Assembly: GCF_964194025.1 (NCBI RefSeq)
Contig: NC_134473.1
Span: 10,726,001-10,790,000, forward strand
Reading direction: 5' to 3'
From: Convolutriloba macropyga
Lineage: Eukaryota
Length of the DNA: 64,000 bases
The notes beneath the pieces are model-generated. The model did no database searches and was not told the origin of the DNA. It was given only the letters and a program-made list of their open reading frames with translations. The position numbers and the translations under genes were made by a program. Positions 33,262 through 48,200 of the stretch are shown here, in pieces. Each line of letters begins with the position of its first letter. Within the stretch, counting starts at the first letter, position 1.

Positions 33262-35113
33262 GATATGTTCAAGAAAACTATCAAATTAAGAATGCTCGTG
33301 GATAAAAGCCTACGAAAATTGAGTGCAATTCTTTTCACTGTCGAAATTAAGCATTTTCTTGCCACTTTCTTCATCAAACCACTTAGTTTTGAAATTTCAA
33401 ATATCTGTTCTAAAAGGTTTTGAGTGATTCAGACTTGGAGTTTCTTACGGGTTTAATGTGAATCCGAAAATATAAAAAAGTGGGTCAGACATTTTGACGT
33501 AATACTAAAAATAATAGAGGATTTGAGTAGACGATAGAATTATACCGTTTATATCGACTGTACATAGTCTAGCTGAAGATAGTTTGCTGATGGATGTATT
33601 TGGCCGTGCTCTTTGTGTGTTTCAGTGTTGTACACAAATTACAATTATTACTGTTGTACTTTGGCAATGAATAAACCATATCAATGTTGTGAACTATTTA
33701 TTCGCTTCTTCTATTCCAAATCCAGTCAAATATTTATTACCAGTCTCAAATTGATTGACAGTTTGAATATTGTAAAACGGTACCTGGTATGAATTTATCT
33801 ATTTCTACTCACTTGCAGTATTTGTTGATTAAATGTTTGTGCCGGCTGCCACCGTCTATTTTGTTTTTACGAAAGCATCCCTGGGCGCTGTTTTATATTT
33901 CATACAATATTTCAATTCTCAGTTATATTTTTAAATTGAATGATGAGCTTAGTTTGGATTGTATTTTTAATTTGATGAAATGAGAAGGTTATAGTAATTC
34001 AAAATAGTGATTTACTTTTTCTTCTGCAACCAATTGATTACTGCAAAACGTTTTGAAACGTTTTTTTAGGGGGAGGGGGATGATGGGGGTATGCGTTTTG
34101 TTTATTGCTGGTACAACATAAAATGGTAAATTTCATTTCAAATCGTGGCCTTCAAGTGACAAAAATGCATCCATTCAGGTTTTCATAGTCGCACATTCAT
34201 AGATTTTATTGCCAACTTCACGAAACCATCTTTGGCTAAAGGTCACAAATGCGTAGCTTAGCGTATGTTGGACTGGATGGATTATAGTTATCGTTTTTGT
34301 TGCTTCCGAGGTTACTTCAATTTTTGCTGGCATTAATAACTGTCAGGTTGCCAAATTTTTTTTGCCAGATATTTGAAACTGTTTTGAGTGCAATTATTTG
34401 GTTAGGCTACTTGAAAAAAATGCTCTAGGCTGCTATCAAAAAAATTTAGAGTAGCGTCCTTTTTCACCAACAAAGATCCTCATCACTAACGGCTCTTCAA
34501 CAATTTGTGCTCTCAAAATTTTTTGCCGCAATTTTTGTCCTAAAGAAATGAAAATATCGACATATTTTTCAATTGAAAAATTGATTAAATCACTAAATGA
34601 CAATGTAATTTCCTGTAAAGCTAAAAATGCCCCATGTAATGTTATGGCTGACGGAAAGAAAAATTGTGCACAATTTTTCAGCATTATAATCTCTAAATTG
34701 TATTACAAAAATCGACAGTTATCTGGCCTAACTCAGTTTCTATTACAAATTAACACCAACTAGATTTTTTTAATGCAGAATAAATTGCAATCACGTGATT
34801 GAAGTACTAAATTTAATTATATTTGTAGATTTTGCAACGCGCTTTGAAAAGCATCCCCATCACTGCAACAGCGGATTTGCTCGTGAATGCTATTGGTGAG
34901 GTTAGAGGGGCACGCAGAATACGCAGCTGTTTCGAATATCAATTTACTGTTGTCTGATTATGGGTGGCAAATATACGTAGTAAATCAGCTCATATAAATA
35001 GTGTAAATTACCCGCCAAAGCTTGATCTGGATGTGTGAAATTAGCTCGGAAGTTAGCGCATTTGCTTTCTCTCTTTTAACTTTCGGAGTCATGCTGAAAC
35101 CCCTCCTTTCGAG

Positions 35114-38100
35114 CTAGGTTTCACCAAGAAGATATGCACGAAAATGAGAGTGTTTTCTTATTCCAAGCGATTTGGTCAGAATATCTGCAGGCAATTTTTC
35201 TGTAGTCAAATATGACAGTTCAAGTTTCTGGTTTTCTACCAGTTCTCGCACAAAGTGCAGTTTTATGGCAAAGTGTTTAGTTTTTCCATGATGCATTGAA
35301 TGCTTACTTAATGCAATACAAGCCTGATTATCGACAAAAATTTTCAGAGGTAGTTTACAGTAAATTCCTAAGTCGTCTAGAATTCCACTTAGGTGGATGG
35401 CTTCTTTACTCGCCTCAACAACAAAATTGAACTCTGCTTCCGCAGTTGATGTTGCTACAGTCTTTTGGGCCTTACAACCCCAACTTATTGCTCCAGACGA
35501 CTCACTTAACTTGAAACAAAAACCTGAAGTGCTCCTCCTATTATCTATTTTCCCGGCCCAATCCGCATCAGAAAAATTCAACAAATCCAGAACCTGAGTC
35601 TTACGGAAAGTTTAAGTCTGATTCATTGTTCCTCTTAAGTTTCTAAGAACACGCTTTGCTGCTTTCCAATGAATTTCTCCGGGATTTTCAACAAATGAAC
35701 TTAGTGCATTAGCAGTAAAACAAATATCAGGTCTACTCGACAAAGCTAAATAGTTAAGACAACCTATCAAACTTCGGAAATTAGTTTTGCTCATTCTAAG
35801 TTGCTCCTCACTCCCCTCCTGAGGGCAATCATTTTTTGAAAGTTTACAATTTTCTTCTAATGGTGTGCCAATTGGCCTACAATCGTTCATTTTGAAAGTT
35901 TCTAATATTTTTTCTGTATTTTTCTTGCCTAATTTTTTTTCCGATGAAGTCCTCTCAATTTTCATTCCTAAAAACCACGTCAATTTTGAATTGTCACTAA
36001 TTTTAAATTTCTTGGAAATTTCGGCGTAAAACCAATCACAAAATTTTCAGAAAGGCCACAAATTATTAAGTCATCTACCCACAAACAATTCTAACTATCT
36101 TTTCATCCTGCTTTTTTTATAAACCAACGTTCGTCATGAAATGAGTTAACAAATCTTAGTGTAATCAAGAAGGCCTTCAAAGTCAAAAACCAGTTTCTTC
36201 CAGATTGTTTCAAACCATACAAGCTCTTTTTCAATTTACAAGCAAATGGTTTTCCATTTTCATCCAAAAGTTCAAAACCTTCAGTTTGTTTAATGACTAC
36301 ATCTTCAATCGGAGCGTTTAGATAAGCAGTTTTTATGTCCATTTGTTTTAACTGATAATCGTTAGAAATAGCCAGAGACATCGAAAATTCTAATGGTTGA
36401 AAGTCTAGTTGTAGGTGAGTATGTTTCATAAAAATCTTTCCCGAAAACTTGGCTAAAACATTTTGCAACAAAACGAGCTTTATAGCGACATATATCACCA
36501 TCAGGACCGAATTTTGAAGCAAAATGCCATCTTCTTCCTACTTGTTTTTCATCACTTTTCACTAAGGACCAAACATTGTTTTCAACCAAAGAGTCGTACT
36601 CATTTTTCAATGCTTCAAACCAATTTGGATTTTGCAAAGCATCATCAACATTTTTTGGAAGAAGCAAAGGATCGATAGCCAGTTGACTCAAAAAAGAAAA
36701 TTCTTTTGAATGGTTATCAAAGTCTGCGACTAACTTTTGTGTTTTCTTCTGTTTAAAGTAAAATTCATTTTCATTAAATCTTACGTTTCGTGATTTCCGG
36801 ATTTTCAGTTCTCCTTTTTCGTCTTCAAACCCAATCAAATAACATTTACTATTATCAGAATTCCCAAGAAAAATTCCTTTTTTTGAGGTTTGATCTAATT
36901 TTTTGCGAAATTGTTTTTCAATATGCATAAATGCCACACAAACAAAAAGTTTGACGAAAGATAAATTAGGTTTTTCATTGTACATCAATTCAAAAGGTGA
37001 TTTCTCGAGAACTGAATGCAAAAGCATGTTTTTGACATAAAAAGCCATGTTCAAAGCATACGTCCAATACTTTTTGTCCAAGCAAGCGTTGTCTAAGAAA
37101 CAGCGAGCCATAGCAACAGAAGTTCCCCAAATTCTTTCAAATTTTCCATTTTCTTGAGGAGTATATGGAGCAGAGTTTTCAAAACGAATTCCTTGGTAGA
37201 AGCGCTTAAACTCATTTGAAATGTATTCACCTCCATCCGAAACTAAAGTTCCTGGTTTTCCAACATCAGCACAAAACTGTTTAAACTTATCCAAGACCTC
37301 GTCTTTTGTTTTCATAAAATAAACTTTTGAGAAACGACTGAAACTATCTACAAATCCAATGGCATAACAATGGCCATCAACGGCTTCAGGAGAAATTTTT
37401 CCTAAGACATCTGTATGCACAATGTCCAAAGTTTCTTTCGCTCTTGTCATGCAATCTTTGGGAACAGGCTGTTATTTCGACTTACTTAACTCACAAACTT
37501 CACAACACAAAATATTTGAATTACTTATTTTCATGCCCTCAACAATCTCTGGCAGACGTTTCAAATCAGCAAAATTGTTATGTCCCATCTTTTCATGCCA
37601 CATTTGTAAACTGTCAACATTGAAGCAATTTTCATTAGAACAAGGAAAAATTTTCCACACAAACAATCCATTTTCAACTTCAAAAGGAAACGAGACTTTA
37701 TTAAAAACAAGTTCAAGTTTTTCACCCAAAGAAACATCGACACCCGCTTCTCTAAGTTTTGAAACAGAAATTAAGTTTTTTGAGTTATCAGGTACAAATA
37801 AAGCATCTTTTAAAACAATTTTTTTCAATTCTTCATTGCTATTCTTAGCGAAAAACTCAACATCCCCTTTTCCTAATTTTGCAGAGTGCGTTTTGATGGC
37901 ATTGTGAATTATGCCCGAAAAATTTTCATCCAGGTTAGCAAAGATACTTTTATCTTTAATCATGTAGTTTGCTCCACCAGCGTCAATGATAAAATCATGG
38001 TGTTCAACACAATTCTCACTCGAGAAAAAGCTAAAACTTTCCTCTTCTTGTTCCTCCGATACTAAATTTTGACTTTCTTTCGAATTACTTTTTCGTTCAT

Positions 38101-38942
38101 TTTTCATTACATGGGATTCAAATTTTTTGTAAGTAAAACAGATCTTGGCAATATGTCCAATTTTTTTGCACTTAAAACAAGTTATTTTCGAATTAGGTTT
38201 CTCTTTGTTAGGTTCCGATGGTTGTGCACGACAAAATTTTGCAATATGCCCCCTCTTGTGACAATTAAAACAAGTTCGATCATTGGTAAAGAAAACGGAT
38301 TCTGATTTGTCTGTATTTCTGTCGTTGCGTTTCTCACTTTCAAAAATTATCAAATTACGTTTAATTTCATCCAAGGTTTTATCTTGACCATATTTTACCA
38401 GAGTACAAAAACTTTCAAATTCACGAGGAAGTGCCTTCAAAAGTATCGAGACAAACATTTTTTCACTTATTGACTCATCGACTTCGGAAAGGTTCAATTG
38501 CAGGTCCTCGGCTCTAGTAATATAGTCTACTATGCTTTCTTTATTGTAATTTCTCAAATTTGTTCAATCAGATATTAGTTTTTGTAAACGCGGCCTCTCA
38601 AAACTTTTAAGCCTCTTACACAACACGCTCCAAGCTTCAGATCCTTTTCCCCAATATGGTCGCAAAAATAAAACTGACTTCTTGTCGAGGCACTGGACAA
38701 GTTCATACCAAATGGCCATTTGTTTTTCGTCAAAAATCTTTTCCCTTTCGATCGGCTGCATCAATTTGCTCCTGTGAAGGTCGTCCCCTCAGCGTAGGTA
38801 TAAACTCCCTATATCCCACAGTGCCGTCAACAATTTTATTCAACTTCAAAACATACATTTGCGCCTCAAACTGTTCGGGAAAATAGACAAAGTCTTGTTC
38901 TTTGCCGCTGAAGAAAAGTTTATCAATTGTTTTGCTATTCAT
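35114..38942 (-). pseudogene. Copia gag-pol polyprotein, multiple frameshifts/stops
   Basis: Two CCHC knuckles, IIDAG protease, WH..MGH/CEVC, HTD/SDGGEY/PQENG..ER, QMDIKTAYLN, SLYGLKQ, FSDADWAG, TKH. Confidence 0.95.
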
Positions 38943-39925
38943 GCTTAAGAAGTTGAGCTATTATTGTGTGTTAAGAAAACTTTTGACAATGAAACTTAAA
39001 CGTTCAACAGGGTAAAATTAAAGTTAAAAACCTGAGTGTACGCTAATCGAACAAACAACTTAGACAACTAAATTAAAGAACATCAAACAGTTCTTTCTTT
39101 TTTTCAGACCTTAAGCACATAAAAGCTATGTTTATAAAACGAAGTTTTTTTCTTTCAACAAAACATCTTAATTTTAAAAGCAAAAGTAATTTAGATTTTG
39201 GAAAACACACATAAACGTCTTTTAAAAGTAAAACTATTGGCCACCAGACACCTTTTATTTATGAAACCTTTCGACCTCTACTTAAAAATTTTTAATAGCA
39301 AAGCAGAGTCTGCAAAAAAAATCGTCAATAAACAAAATAAAAAATTTGTAGAAAGCAGTGCTCTTCAAAAGCTATATGAGAAAATCTGTCTACTTAGTAT
39401 AAAAGATGACCCATTTTGTTTGAGAATGTAGTATCCTTGACAAAGTTGGAGTGGACATTGACCAATATAGCCACTGATTCCCCCACTGCGACTAAGCACG
39501 ATGAGGACGGATCCTCCAGATAATTTCTCAAACACTAGCTTAAACTTTTCTCTTACGCATGGGCCAACTTTCGCAAAATTCTTCAAGCAAGTTTTCTATG
39601 CATCACCTTTTACTATGCTGTTACTATATTCAAGCTTATTCCAGGTTTTCATATGTTTCGAATGGTTTACACAATGTTACATGCCCTTCAGGGATTCTGA
39701 CCAAAATCGCTTTTACAAGTTCAATCTGTTTTACAGATAGATTTTACACCTTTTAATAAACGGACTCTTTTAATCGACCCTCTTTTGTTTCAATCGACCG
39801 TTTTTTGTTAAATCACGAGTGGTTTTCACACAGCCGTAATCAAGCTTTGACGCGCGCTGGAATCTTTAACTTTATAAATATCAAGCATAAAATTATTTCA
39901 CTAAATCAACAGTTTCAGAGTTTGA

Positions 39926-39991
39926 CTCTCTCTCACTGTCTTCTCCCTCTCTCTCTTTCTCTCTCTCTCTCACTCTTTCTGTGTCTTTATT

Positions 39992-40033
<42 letters not shown>

Positions 40034-40090
40034 CTTCTGTTCCTGCTTTGGCGCTCTCTTTTGATCAGGACACCCTCTCTTTCTCTGTCC
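39926..40090. repeat. (CT)n-rich tract in the Copia 5' leader
   Basis: Directly visible. Confidence 0.85.
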
Positions 40091-43000
40091 TTCGTTGTCA
40101 CTCAAGCAGGCCACCCTTCTCTTGTCTTATCTCACTTGTCAGTTTTCTGGGCCCATAACCTATTGGTGAGGTTAGAGGGGCACCCAGAATACGCAGCTGT
40201 TTCGAATATCACTTTACTGTTGTTTGATTATGGGTGGCAAATATACGTAGTAAATCAGCTTATATAAATAGTGTAAATTACCAGCCAAAGCTTGATCTGG
40301 ATGTGTGAAAATAGCTCGAAGTTAGCGCACGTGCTTTCTCACTTTTAACTTTCGGAGTCTTGCTGAAAAATGCTATAAAAGACATTCTTTTCGTACTTTT
40401 TAAAAATGTTTTTGGGAAATTTAGAAAATTTGCTTCTAAATATTGACAGAAGCTTGAAAACAGATTTTGCTGCTAGGACAGTTCAATACTCCAAATTTGG
40501 TTATTGGCAATTTGAGTTTTGTTTAACCAAAAACTGGAACAACTTGTACTAATTGATTCACAGATTTTTCTGTAGCTGAATTACAACGCTACAACTGGAG
40601 ACACTCAGAATCACATCTTTTTAAAAAGTTCTCAATAAGAAAAAGTATTTACTTACTGAGATTTGAAAATTATAGATCATAAGAAGATGCCTTACAAAAT
40701 CCTGAAAAGATATGTTAGTTGCTTCATAAGATACTTTTGTGCCTATGTTGCTCGTTGAGAGAATGTTGTGTCGTGGCATAATCCGCGACGTGTGTTAGAC
40801 CTAGATTGCTCTCACTCAGAATTTGCTCTCGCTCTGTCACAAACAACAGCGATTCCCCGAGATTGGGGGTTTCGACCGTTCACTAAAAGAATAATTCGCT
40901 GCAACGCTTTTTTAAAATCGGGGGGAAACCTTAAAATGCTAAGTGACGGGTCTATAAATAAGAATAATTCTCGATTGAGCGCTGGTTTGTGCTCAGCGGC
41001 TGCTTTAATGGCGTACTGGGACTTCTAAAACGCTTTGTTTATAACGGTTCGTTGCAGAGGAGAATTCACTGTAACAACAAGCGAAACGGGTCGGCAGGGT
41101 TTTCAAAATATCTCCAGAAGGAGCCTTGATATCAGCGAGAAGATATCGTTTTTCAACATCTGGAGATAAATTAACTCTTGTGTATGCTGATGCTACTCTA
41201 TTCAGAGTCTGGTCATGTCTGGATATGGCATCCCGTCTATAGCAGACAACCACAATGTCATTGAGTTTACCGTGCTAAAATTAGAAAAGGGACACATTCT
41301 CTTGCAGTCATAGAATTCAACTACGAGTTGGTATGGCAGAATGATTTGTATTTCGTTTGGTGACAGATGTGTGCAGCTAAGCAGGCGCCCACGTGGTAGA
41401 CTCCTCAAAGAAATGAGTCTTGCTTTTTCTCTTGTAGACATTTAAGGCCTTTATTTGATATTCTTTCCGATTATATAAACTTCTTGAAGTATTTTTGCGA
41501 CCTATAATTTTTTTTGAACTTCTTGAAGTTTTTGAATTTTTTTTTGTGTATTTGCTGCAAGGCTAAATGTTTCAAGACATCGGAAGAAATCAGTGAAAAC
41601 CTGATATTCTGTGGAATTTTGACTACCGATTCTGTAAACCAATTTTTTAATGCTAATGACGAGTCAGCATAGACCGCCGTGACCTGCTGTCAAGATTAAC
41701 TGATGCCCATGCCCAACATGCTTATTGATATGATGGTTTACTAGGTTCAATTCATACAACGCGCAAACAACATCAGTTACTTTGTATTTGTATTTGGCTA
41801 TCTTTAGAATCGACAATAATGCCTCATTCGACACAAACAGCTTTGAGTGAGCAATCAAGCAGTCATTGGTAATGCTGTATAAATAGTAGCGTTTCACTTG
41901 GTGTTGCTCAGCTGATTTTTGAAATCATGTTACAAATAACAATTGGAAGTCTAATTGCAGAGTGTTTGATATATTGGCTAATGTGAATGGAGCCTGATGC
42001 AAAAAAATTAATTTTTATGGTAGCGATAACTTTTTGACATTTTTTAGAGTCCTAATAGTACTCGTATTCAAAAGAAAATTAACACTTCTTGCTAAAAATT
42101 CAGTTTGAACTGTTCATAACCTATCCTGCACGTTGATGCATTTGTAGTTTAAAACGCTACAGAACACCATTGAAACCCTTAGTGTCTCTGATTTGTGAGT
42201 TGTGTTTATAACCAGTTTCTCGCAAAAAAACAATATATGTGTTTTTTTCCCAATGATTATGGTGGTTTCTGACCGAAAGAATTACGCTTTTTTTTACAAA
42301 TTATGCTCTATTGGCGCGCTTGATTTAGTTGTCGGCCGATTTTCGCCAGCTGAATTGTGCGTATTGAATACGTCATTCAAGGTAACTCATGAGAATATTG
42401 CTTGTGCTTCCAAAAAACTTTAAAGGTTTTTAATTCGTGCCTTATTTGGTTTTAGAAGGTTCAGAAGTATATCGGTAGAGTAAATTCTTCCCTTTAACGG
42501 GATCAGTACAGCTTTTTTTCGAAAAAGCAAATCGCGAAACTAGGAAATGTTTAATAGATCTACTGGAATTATTTAGTGGGTTATTTGATTGCGGTTGTGT
42601 TTGTTGTCGGAAACTCAGTGCATAATATACAAAGTTTTAAATTTAGTATTAAGTGTGGGTTCTTAGTGAAGACCAAGTGGCTATAATAACCAACACTTCT
42701 TGTTAGTTTTTTCGAGCAGCTCCAAATTTTTGGTAATACTCCCTAGAAAACTATCCTAGTTTCGATCAAGTTTGAAAAAACTGTTTTTGGACAATGATAT
42801 ATTTGTTGATCAAAGTGTTGAATGTACTAGCGCTTAAAATTTGCAATGAGCTGCTTGTATAACGTACCTGGGAGCGACTGAAGCTGTGCAGTATCGATAA
42901 GTTCCCGAAAAATTCCTTAAAATATTGGTAAAAGCTGATTGAAAACAACTATTGATAGAAAATCCTATCAGCCGGTCAAACTTTAACTGCAACTGTTACT

Positions 43001-44589
43001 TGAGCAGTAGCTCTGAATTTTCTAGGTATTAAAAATGTCAGCCGTTTTATATTTTTTTTCATTGTTTTGTTTCTCGGCTTTGTTGCGATCTTCATTCTTT
43101 TTATGCAGTTGGCGTAAAGTTGCTATAAAAGCTTCTGTTTTGCAAACATGAGAACCCAATCATAGAGCAAAATTTATGTCAATATATGTCAAGTTATTGA
43201 CGTTGAGTTATGTTTGTGAAGTGTTTGGTGTAAATTTGAATGTAACTAGCATTAGGAGAATTGTATTTCTAACAAAAAGGTGTTCTTGATTTGACCAAGA
43301 AGTTTTGAATTCATAGAAATTAGTACCAAGAATTCGTTTAGCAATTCGCTATTTATTTGACTAATTATTAAAAATAGCAAATTCCCAAACGTTTTTTTTT
43401 TGAAAAATACAGAAAGTTTGTTATCGACAATGTAAGTAAAATTCAATGTTATGATAATCTGTCATCGGATTTGTCTTTCAAAGGAAAGCACGGTCTTGAA
43501 GACTAAATAAGTCTCAAATCATTTTAAATTGAATTGAGTTGATTATCTTTCAAACACAGGGATAAGAATATGGCTGCATGAATGCAGCAACATCGCCCAT
43601 TAATTTATCAAATTTAAAATTTATTGTAATTCTAAACAATTTTGACTTATGATTGATGAAGAAATTGAATGTTTTGACCATTGATCGTATTGATTGAGTT
43701 TTTCTATTATGATAGAATTTTAGCGTTTTTTCATCTTGGAAAACGGTTATCATTAAATTCTGAGCAATGAGCAATATTGCTAATAGCTAGATATACAGAA
43801 TAAAACAGCTGCAAATTAGGTGAAAGTAATGGAAAAAAATTATAGTTTTTCACATTGATTTGGAAAAATGGAAACAAAGTTCGATCTGAGACAGTGATTT
43901 GAAGCAGGCATAATCAATGATTTGTTGTTAGAAAAAATAGTGGAAATTTCGCTCTAATATAAGATGTTAAATCGCAATTTTCGTCCCCTGCCATTTTAAC
44001 TGAATAAATGCACAATTCTTATGGTTTAATGTCTGTTTGCAAAAAAATTTTGGGCGTCCGTTAATTTTTAATTGTTACCACTCATCAATTTACTCTGTAG
44101 ATCTAACCATAACTAGCAAAAATGCGAGACTTCATCTGACTAATAAAAATTTTTAGAGTTCTGCGATTGATAATTGTCAAAGTAAAACTGATCGTCAGCA
44201 ATTTTTTGCATATTTCTGAAAAACTTTCTGGATTTATTGTTTGTCTTTGATCCTGCGATATTTACAGGATATTTACAGGATAAAAATTTTGTGATATTTA
44301 CTATCCTGTTTGGGCATAAAAATTGACCTGCATCAATATTAGGTCAAAATTTTGAGAACAAATATGAGGAACAAATTTCAATGACAAAATGTTAAATGGT
44401 AGACAGTAAAATAGTTGCTCCACTTTTTCAACCTTCTGGATTGTTTTGCTCTCATTTTTCTATATCCGAAATAACAGACTCTGTGTTGAAAAAAATGACA
44501 TTTTTTGGAAAAAAAAGTTCACTTCTTTCTTTAATTTCACCCTTTACTTACAAAGATGATTTGTTTCTACCCAAAATTGAATAAAGAGT

Positions 44590-45181
44590 CTGTGTATTTG
44601 TGCAGCATACATCATTACACACATCATTACATCATTCTCTGGAGAAGTGGGATAAAATTCGAAGACGGCTCAAAGGGAAGGTCATCTCGAAGCCAGGATA
44701 CAATCTACATCCAAACGCTAAAGATAAATACAAGATAGTTCAAAATCGATTGCGATACGTTGAAAATAACACCAAAATTATATTGTGGCACGATATTATC
44801 AATAACACGGTAACAGGCCCGAAAAGCGATAATAGAACACCCTTCAACGGTGATCAATTAAAAGTAGAAATCGAACGTCTACAACGAAAGGTTGATATAG
44901 TTTGAATTGTTTATTGTGTCAGAGAAGGCGCTCCTGACGTCTACAACAAATTGAAAGAAACTGAGATACCAGTGTTGCATATTGTCAAGACTCTTTTATC
45001 TCGCCGAAAACAAAAGATTAAGAAAGTGTTGAAAAAGTACAGCAAGCTTCACTTGGATCCATTTCTCGAATTTAAAACGCTCTTCTCAATTGTACGAAAC
45101 AACGGTGATTTGAAGCGAGTTTGCAAAAAGAAGAATAGTAAATTCCAAAAACAACGAAAGAAAAAATCCGCCAACAAATAA
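44590..45181 (+). pseudogene. ORF directly upstream of the LINE, possibly SGNH-esterase-like
   Basis: SLHH...PG...WHDIINN...; one in-frame stop at 44903. Confidence 0.4.
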
Positions 45182-45264
45182 TCAACTTTGAGGTTAGTTT
45201 AAGTTCTGTGAAGTTCCTAGCGATTGAGTTCGTTGGTTTTGCTCATAAAATAATATAACACGAA

Positions 45265-48200
45265 ATGGGGAAAAATTGTAAAAACTTGCAAGAAGGCCGT
45301 TAACGCAAACGAAAAGAGTTATACTCGTGTGGCATGTAATTGTAACATGCATCTGACTCCTGAATGTACAGCTCTTTCTCTAGTTGCAATCACTGGCATT
45401 AAATAGCTTGGCATGAATGACATGCTACTCTGCAATAATTGTGTTGAACAAAATGAAAGGGATAACTTCATTCGTTGTCGAACCCTGGCAAAAGTTGCTG
45501 AAAAAATCCATAGCTTGGATGTTGGGGAAAAACTGAAGAATATGGAAGGGCGACTAACGGACTTAGTGGATGACAAAATTGGGAGTGCTACGAAAATGAC
45601 GTGTGACAAAGTTGAAAAAACACATGCTGCTGTCGTTGCTGTTAAAACTACTTCAGGAAAACCTAAAGGAGTTATCCAAGGGCGGTATTAGTAACCTTGG
45701 CAGATGAACACGAAACAAGAATCACTCCTGCAAAAAGTCCAGAATTCAGAAATAATTTGGTCGAAAGAATCTTTTACATGCTGCCAGCGTTGACGAGGGA
45801 TGACGCACTCAAAGAAAATCAAATGTTAAAAAAGCGAAGGGAGCTGCTTGACGGAGGTGTACCCAAGGAGAAATTGAAAATTCGAAATCTTGATCTTTAC
45901 AATGATGGGGTCAAAGTGCAGTTGGATGTACAGAATGCCCACTGACTAGGAGGCCTTCTCCATATCCTCCAACTAAATACAAGAAGCTTAGTAAATATCG
46001 AAAGACGATCAAAATTCATAAATGAAGTAATTAACTCAGATAATAATGTTCTATGTCATTGCGAAATCTGGTTGAACGATAACAATCAATACTCCGAACT
46101 CTTTCGTAACGATTACAATATTTATAGAAGTGATCGGGCCACGATTGGAGATAGAAATGCGCATGGAGTTACCCTCATTGCTGTGAAAAATACTCTTATA
46201 TCGGACAAAATAGATTCCACTCTACCCAACTCATGTGTAGCGTGTAAAATTACTCTGAATGACACTCAAGTATTTCCTTATGCGTTCTACAATCCACCCA
46301 TATCAAGATCATATCGATACACGATAGAGGACTTCCAATTGCTCCTGAGAAACATTCCTAAAAACAAACCAATTGTCATCTGTGGAGACCTTAATTTTCC
46401 AGAAGCAATTTGGAAGAGACTACAGTCCCAACGAGACTAAAGACAAAGTCATCGAAATGTTTGAAGAAAAACTGGTTCGGCAAATTATCGACTTCCGGAC
46501 ATGTGGAAACAACATCTTGGATACTGCCTTCTATCAAAATTGTCATCTATCCGCTGAATTAGACAAATCTTTTCCATCTATCTATAACCTAACTGACCAT
46601 GAAGCCATTCGTCTATCCTTAGAAAACCCAGTTACTGAAACAAAACCATTAATACAGAACTTTAAAAGTTTTGGGAATGCTGACTTTGACGCTATAAACG
46701 AGCATCTTGTTGAAAAACCGTTCCAGTCAATTTGTTACACCAACATCAACAAAATGAGCGAAGAATTCACGAGGTACCTTGACGGAATTTTTGATCTGTA
46801 TGTCCCGAAAAGAACAAGGCATAGACGATCACTGCCACCTTTGATTTCCTGTGGTACTTCAAATTTGATTAATAAGCTGAAGACACAGAAACGTTTATTG
46901 GAGAATAAACCAACATCTTACAGAAAGCAGTTGGTTCTAAAACTAGAAAACCAAGTCACTGATTCAGCTGAAGAAGACAGAGTTGTGTGCCAAGAAAATT
47001 TACTGGGATTGAGAAATACAGAGAGAATTTTTAAACATCTGAAAAGCCTAAAAAATCTGCCTGCCTGCCCAAAATTTTGATGAATGATACCAAGCAAAGT
47101 TCACTTCGATGCGAACAAGTGAATATGTTAAATCAATCTTTTCACTCCGTGTTCTCTCCAAAAACTAATTTCAGTTTGAAAGATTTCAAAGTACAGAAAC
47201 CCTCTCTTACAAATTTTGACATCTCGAAGAATACAATCAGATATATAATGGATGATATTGATGCCACAAAATCCAGAGGGCCGAACGGTATACCTCCGGT
47301 TTTCTAGGTAAAGACGAGCAACAATCTTTGCCACATCATGCATTCTGTCCTTCGGAATATAAAGAGGCTGCGGAAAATACACGACAGCTGGAAAGTTGCT
47401 GCCATAACGCCAATTTTCAAAAAAAAAACAGACCGCAGAAAAGTTGAAAACTACCGGCCTGTCTCACTATTGAACATTGATAGCAAGATTCTGGAAAAAT
47501 GTATATATATTGTTTTGTACAATCATTTTCAACAGTTCCTAACTAAGAGTCAACATGGTTTTGTAAGGAGAAGATCTGTGCAAACAAATATGCTGCTGTT
47601 TCTCAAAAGAATATATGGAGCTCTTGATCACGACCCTCAATCAGAGATTATTGCTTTCTACACTGACTTCTCAAAAGCTTTTAAGTACCACACTATGAGT
47701 TAATTCAACATTTGATTGACATTGGAGTTGGAGGATGTTTGCTCGAAATTTTAATCGATTACTTGAGTGATCGACGACAATATGTGCGTGCGGACAATAC
47801 CAGTTCGAAGATACTCGATAAAACAAGCGGGGTACCACAGGGGTCACTCCTAGGCCCTATACTGTTCTATATATTTATTATCGATCTTCCAGATGTCCTG
47901 ATGTTTTCTGAGCCCTCTATCTTCGCTGATGATCCTAAAATTTTGGCTGTACAAAGAAGCTACTGGGGAGTCCAAGATGATCTACATGGGGTTGAGAACT
48001 GGATAATCCAAAATAAAATGGAGCTGGCAATAGACAAGTGTGCGTACCTGAACGTCAGAGGTAGAGACCACCAGTACAAATTGATGGGAAAAGATCTGGC
48101 AAAATCCACGACTGTCAAAGATCTTGGTATTCACGTGGCGGCTGATGTATCGTGGAAACTACATATTGAAGAAAGAATGAAGAAAGCAAATAAAGTTCTG

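Larger units (their letters stand above)
34891..40368 (-). mobile_element. Ty1/Copia LTR retrotransposon, full length, decayed
   Basis: LTRs at 34891-35099 and 40161-40368, TSD AATGC, PBS GGTTATGGGCCCAG (tRNA-iMet internal fragment), PPT GAAAGGAGGGG, domain order gag-PR-INT-RT-RH. Confidence 0.97.

Noticed and set aside
41005-41441. Two overlapping minus-strand ORFs, possibly one frameshifted ~145-aa gene
   Set aside because: No recognisable motif or element boundaries; cannot support a call.
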